Assembly: GCA_028826165.1 (NCBI GenBank)
Contig: JAPDFW010000058.1
Span: 1-64,000, forward strand
Reading direction: 5' to 3'
Length of the DNA stretch: 64,000 nucleotides
Source of the DNA: Anaeramoeba ignava BMAN
Taxonomy: Eukaryota; Protista; Anaeramoebae
The notes beneath the pieces are model-generated. The model worked only from the letters and a program-made list of their open reading frames with translations. It made no database searches and was not told the origin of the DNA. Each line of letters starts with the position of its first letter. The first letter of the stretch is position 1. Position numbers and translations under genes: made by a program. Shown one piece after another: positions 60,701 through 64,000 of this stretch.

Positions 60701-63700
60701 TGATTGGAATAATAACCAAAATCCACTTGAAAATGAATCAAAATTTAAAAGAAATGATAATAGAAGAAATGATAATTGGAATAATAACCAAAATCCACTT
60801 GAAAATGAATCAAAATTTAAAAGAAAAGATAATAGAAGAAATGATAATTGGAATAATAACCAAAATCAAATCGAAAATCAATCAAAATTTAAAAGAAAAG
60901 ATAATAGAAGAAATGATAATTGGAATAACAATCAAAACCCACTTGAAAATGAATCAAAATTTAAAAGAAATGATAACAGAAAAAATGATAATTGGAATAA
61001 CAATCAAAACCCACTTGAAAATGAATCAAAATTTCAAAGAAAAGATAATAGAAGAAATGATAATTGGAATAATAATCAAAATCCACTTGAAAATGAATCA
61101 AAATTTCAAAGAAAACCACAAAACAATAATAAAAGAAATGATAATTGGAATAATAACCAAAATCAAATCGAAAATCAATCAAAATTTCAAAGAAATGATA
61201 ATATAAGAAATGATAATTGGAATAACAATCAAAATCAAATCGAAAATCAATCAAAATTTAAAAGAAATGATAACAGAAAAAATGATAATTGGAATAATAA
61301 CCAAAACCCACTTGAAAATGAATCAAAATTTCAAAGAAAAGATAATATAAGAAATGATAATTGGAATAATAACCAAAATCCACTTGAAAATGAATCAAAA
61401 TTTAAAAGAAATGATAATAGAAGAAATGACAATTGGAATAATAATCAAAATCAAATTGAAAATGAATCAAGATTTCAAAGAAAAGATAATATAAGAAATG
61501 ATAATTGGAATAATAATAAAAATCAAATTGAAAATCAATCAAAATTTAAAAGAAATGATAATTGGAATAATAACCAAAATCAAATTGAAAATCAATCAAA
61601 ATTTCAAAGAAATGATAATTGGAATAATAATAAAAATCCACTTGAAAATGAATCAAAATTTAAAAGAAATGATAATAGAAGAAATGATAATTGGAATAAT
61701 AATAAAAATCCACTTGAAAATCAATCAAAATTTCAAAGAAATGATAATTGGAATAATAATCAAAATCAAATTGAAAATCAATCAAAATTTCAAAGAAATG
61801 ATAATATAAGAAATGATAATTGAAAATCAATCAAAATTTAAAAGAAATGATAATTGGAATAATAACCAAAATCAAATTGAAAATGAATCAAAATTTAAAA
61901 GAAAACCACAAAACGATAATAGAAGAAATGATAATTGGAATAATAATAAAAATCCACTTGAAAATCAATCAAAATTTCAAAGAAAAGATAATAGAAGAAA
62001 TGATAATTGGAATAATAATCAAAATCAAATTGAAAATCAATCAAAATTTCAAAGAAATGATAATTGGAATAATAACCAAAATCAAATTGAAAATGAATCA
62101 AAATTTCAAAGAAATGATAATTGGAATAATAATCAAAATCAAATTGAAAATCAATCAAAATTTCAAAGAAATGATAATTGGAATAATAATCAAAATCAAA
62201 TCGAAAATCAATCAAAATTTAAAAGAAATGATAACAGAAAAAATGAACATAATCAAAATATCCTCCCACTTGAACAAATGGTTCAACAACCAAAGGAAGA
62301 TTTCATGCAGAACAAAAACCAAAACCAAAATTATATGGATCAAAATATTCCATACAGTTCAATAAAACCTCAAAGAAAAGCAATTCATATAGAAGAAGAA
62401 AAACAATCACATTTTTCACCAAATTTTCAAGCAAAAAATCAAAATCAAAATCAAAATCAAAATCAAAATCAAAATCAAAATGATTCAAAATCAGTAAATT
62501 GATTTTTCTTTTAAACAAAATTCAATATAAATATAAATACAATTTTTTTTTTGATATTAGTCAAATCTTCTATTTAATACTTATTTTCACCACGACGAAA
62601 AAGAAATTGAACGTTTATTAAAAGAAGGTGCATTATCTCATGATTTTGAAGTAAATTAATTTTTTTGAAATAAATACTTTCCCTTTTATTTATCACAAAA
62701 ACAAACATATTTTTTTTTATTTCAAAAATTAGAATGTAAACTTTTTTTTACAATTTTGATTAAATTTTGATTAAAATTAAAATTAAAAAAAAAAGAATAC
62801 ACCTCTTCACGCAGCAATCCAAAGTCATTGTTCTCATAATATTATTCGTCTTTTATTAAATCATGGAGCAAAAGTTAATATGCGAAATGTATTAAAATGA
62901 AAATGAACATTTTGATTTACATTTTCTAAAAATATCCTTTTTTTTTAGAGCGTAATTCTTGAATTGTTTCATTTTCTTATTAGATTTTGATTTTGATTTT
63001 TATTTTTTGAATTTAGTTTGTAAATTTTTTTTTCCTTTTAAATTAAAAAATTAAAAATAAAATATTTGATTTTTGGATTGAAATATTATTAGGATCTTCC
63101 TCCATTATATTATGCATGCAAATCTGGATATCCAGTTACAAAATTACTTTTAGATTTTGGAGCAAATCCAAATTTACTTTTTGTATTAATTATTTACGAT
63201 TAAAACAAAAATTTTTTTTTTGATTTAGAAAATTAATTATTTGATAAAATAGCCAGTAAATAATTTTTGGATTTATTTAAAAAATAATTCTAAAATGATC
63301 TTTTTTTCTTTTTAGATTGTAATAAAAAAAAAATAAATTAAAAATTCGAAAATTAAAAATTCGAAAATTAAAATAAATAGGAAGAACAATTTTGTCAAGA
63401 TCAAAAAACAGAAGATCTAATAATAAGATACAATTCGTTAGTTGAAGATATGCAAAATTTACTGAATAATCAATTCACGAGTGATCTATCAATTAGAACA
63501 AAAGATGGAAGAATTCTTGTTCACAAAAATATAGTTTCAATCCGGATTGGATCGATAACAGTTCTTCAAGATATTTTTTCAAAATATTCAACAAATGTAG
63601 CGAATGATATAGCAGAATGGATTTATGGGAAAAATGAAACGGAAGTTCAATTTTTATCGAATATTCATTTCTTTATGGAACAATTAGGAATTAAAAATTG

Positions 63701-64000
63701 GGAAAAACTTTCAGGAAGAAACGGTTTACTTCAAGATCTTTCGAGACTTTTTAGAGATGAAAAATCAATGGATTGTGAAATTGTTATTAATAATCAAAGT
63801 TTCAAAGTTCATCGCTCAGTTTTAATGGCAAGAAGCAATTTTTTCCTTGAAGTTTTTAAAGGAAACTTAAGTATTCATCGTGAAAAAAAATCTTTTTTAA
63901 CTCAAACTATTCAAGAATTGATTCATTTCTTTTATTTTGATGAGATTTCTTCTGGTTTACCAAAATCTGTTTTGAATGAACTTAAAGAAGCAGTTTCATA
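57717..64000 (+). CDS. Giant protein: ~1,600-aa N/Q/E-rich repetitive N-terminus followed by ankyrin repeats and BTB domains (runs off the window; frameshift at ~61820)
   Basis: ORFs 57717-61823 and 61813-62493 lead via donor 62494 to exons 62561-62650, 62796-62888 (NTPLHAAIQ..IIRLLLNHGAKVN), 63093-63182 (PPLYYACK..LLLDFGANPN) and 63381-end (SDLSI..VHKNIV; DCEIVI..FKVHRSVLMARSNFF). Confidence 0.75.
57935..59470 (+). repeat. Coding (AAAATC/AAAATG)n microsatellite encoding poly-NQ/NE
   Basis: Directly visible, in frame within ORF 57717. Confidence 0.93.
60370..62240 (+). repeat. Coding tandem repeat, 72-bp/24-aa unit (NDNWNNNQNPLENESKFQRNDNRR) with 57-bp/19-aa variants
   Basis: GATAATTGGAAT recurs every 72 bp (60411, 60483, ...), shortening distally. 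Confidence 0.93.
62733..63318 (+). other. Five 3-nt microexons: AAT 62733-62735, AGC 62949-62951, TTT 63017-63019, CCA 63253-63255, ATT 63316-63318
   Basis: Each is TAG|NNN|GTAA, separated from neighbouring exons by 60-82 bp GT-AG introns, all phase 0. Confidence 0.75.

Noticed and set aside
1-64000. tRNA or rRNA genes; alternative genetic code
   Set aside because: No cloverleaf or rRNA-like GC-structured segment was recognised. Conserved genes translate with the standard code and end at TAA, TAG or TGA.

Overview
Extremely AT-rich eukaryotic genomic DNA with spliceosomal GT-AG introns, many inflated by simple repeats. The BTB/TLDc and ankyrin-BTB genes, NQ-rich ORFs and TCATTT initiator-like motifs suggest an anaerobic metamonad protist such as Anaeramoeba (inference). 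About 19 genes can be modelled: a frameshift-riddled RasGAP/PH-like gene, a Sola-like DDD transposase spliced in frame to a USP (C19) deubiquitinase, SF3A2, an RCC1-repeat protein, a TALE homeobox protein, two BTB-TLDc proteins, a divergent actin-like gene head-to-head with a profilin-like gene, a secreted vitellogenin/MTP-like protein, PSMD3/Rpn3, a claudin-like tetraspan protein, acetyl-CoA synthetase, three tandem YeeE/YedE sulfur-transporter paralogs, DUF4291, a CPBP protease, a divergent VPS26, and a giant low-complexity ankyrin-BTB gene running off the end. The strongest unusual signals are: (1) the transposase-deubiquitinase fusion with all catalytic motifs present; (2) five single-codon (3-nt) microexons, three of which restore ankyrin consensus spacing; (3) the YeeE/YedE triplet next to ACS. 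The first ~6.4 kb contains many homopolymer indels, probably assembly error, so several frameshifts should not be taken at face value. All family assignments come from motif recognition by eye, not database searches.
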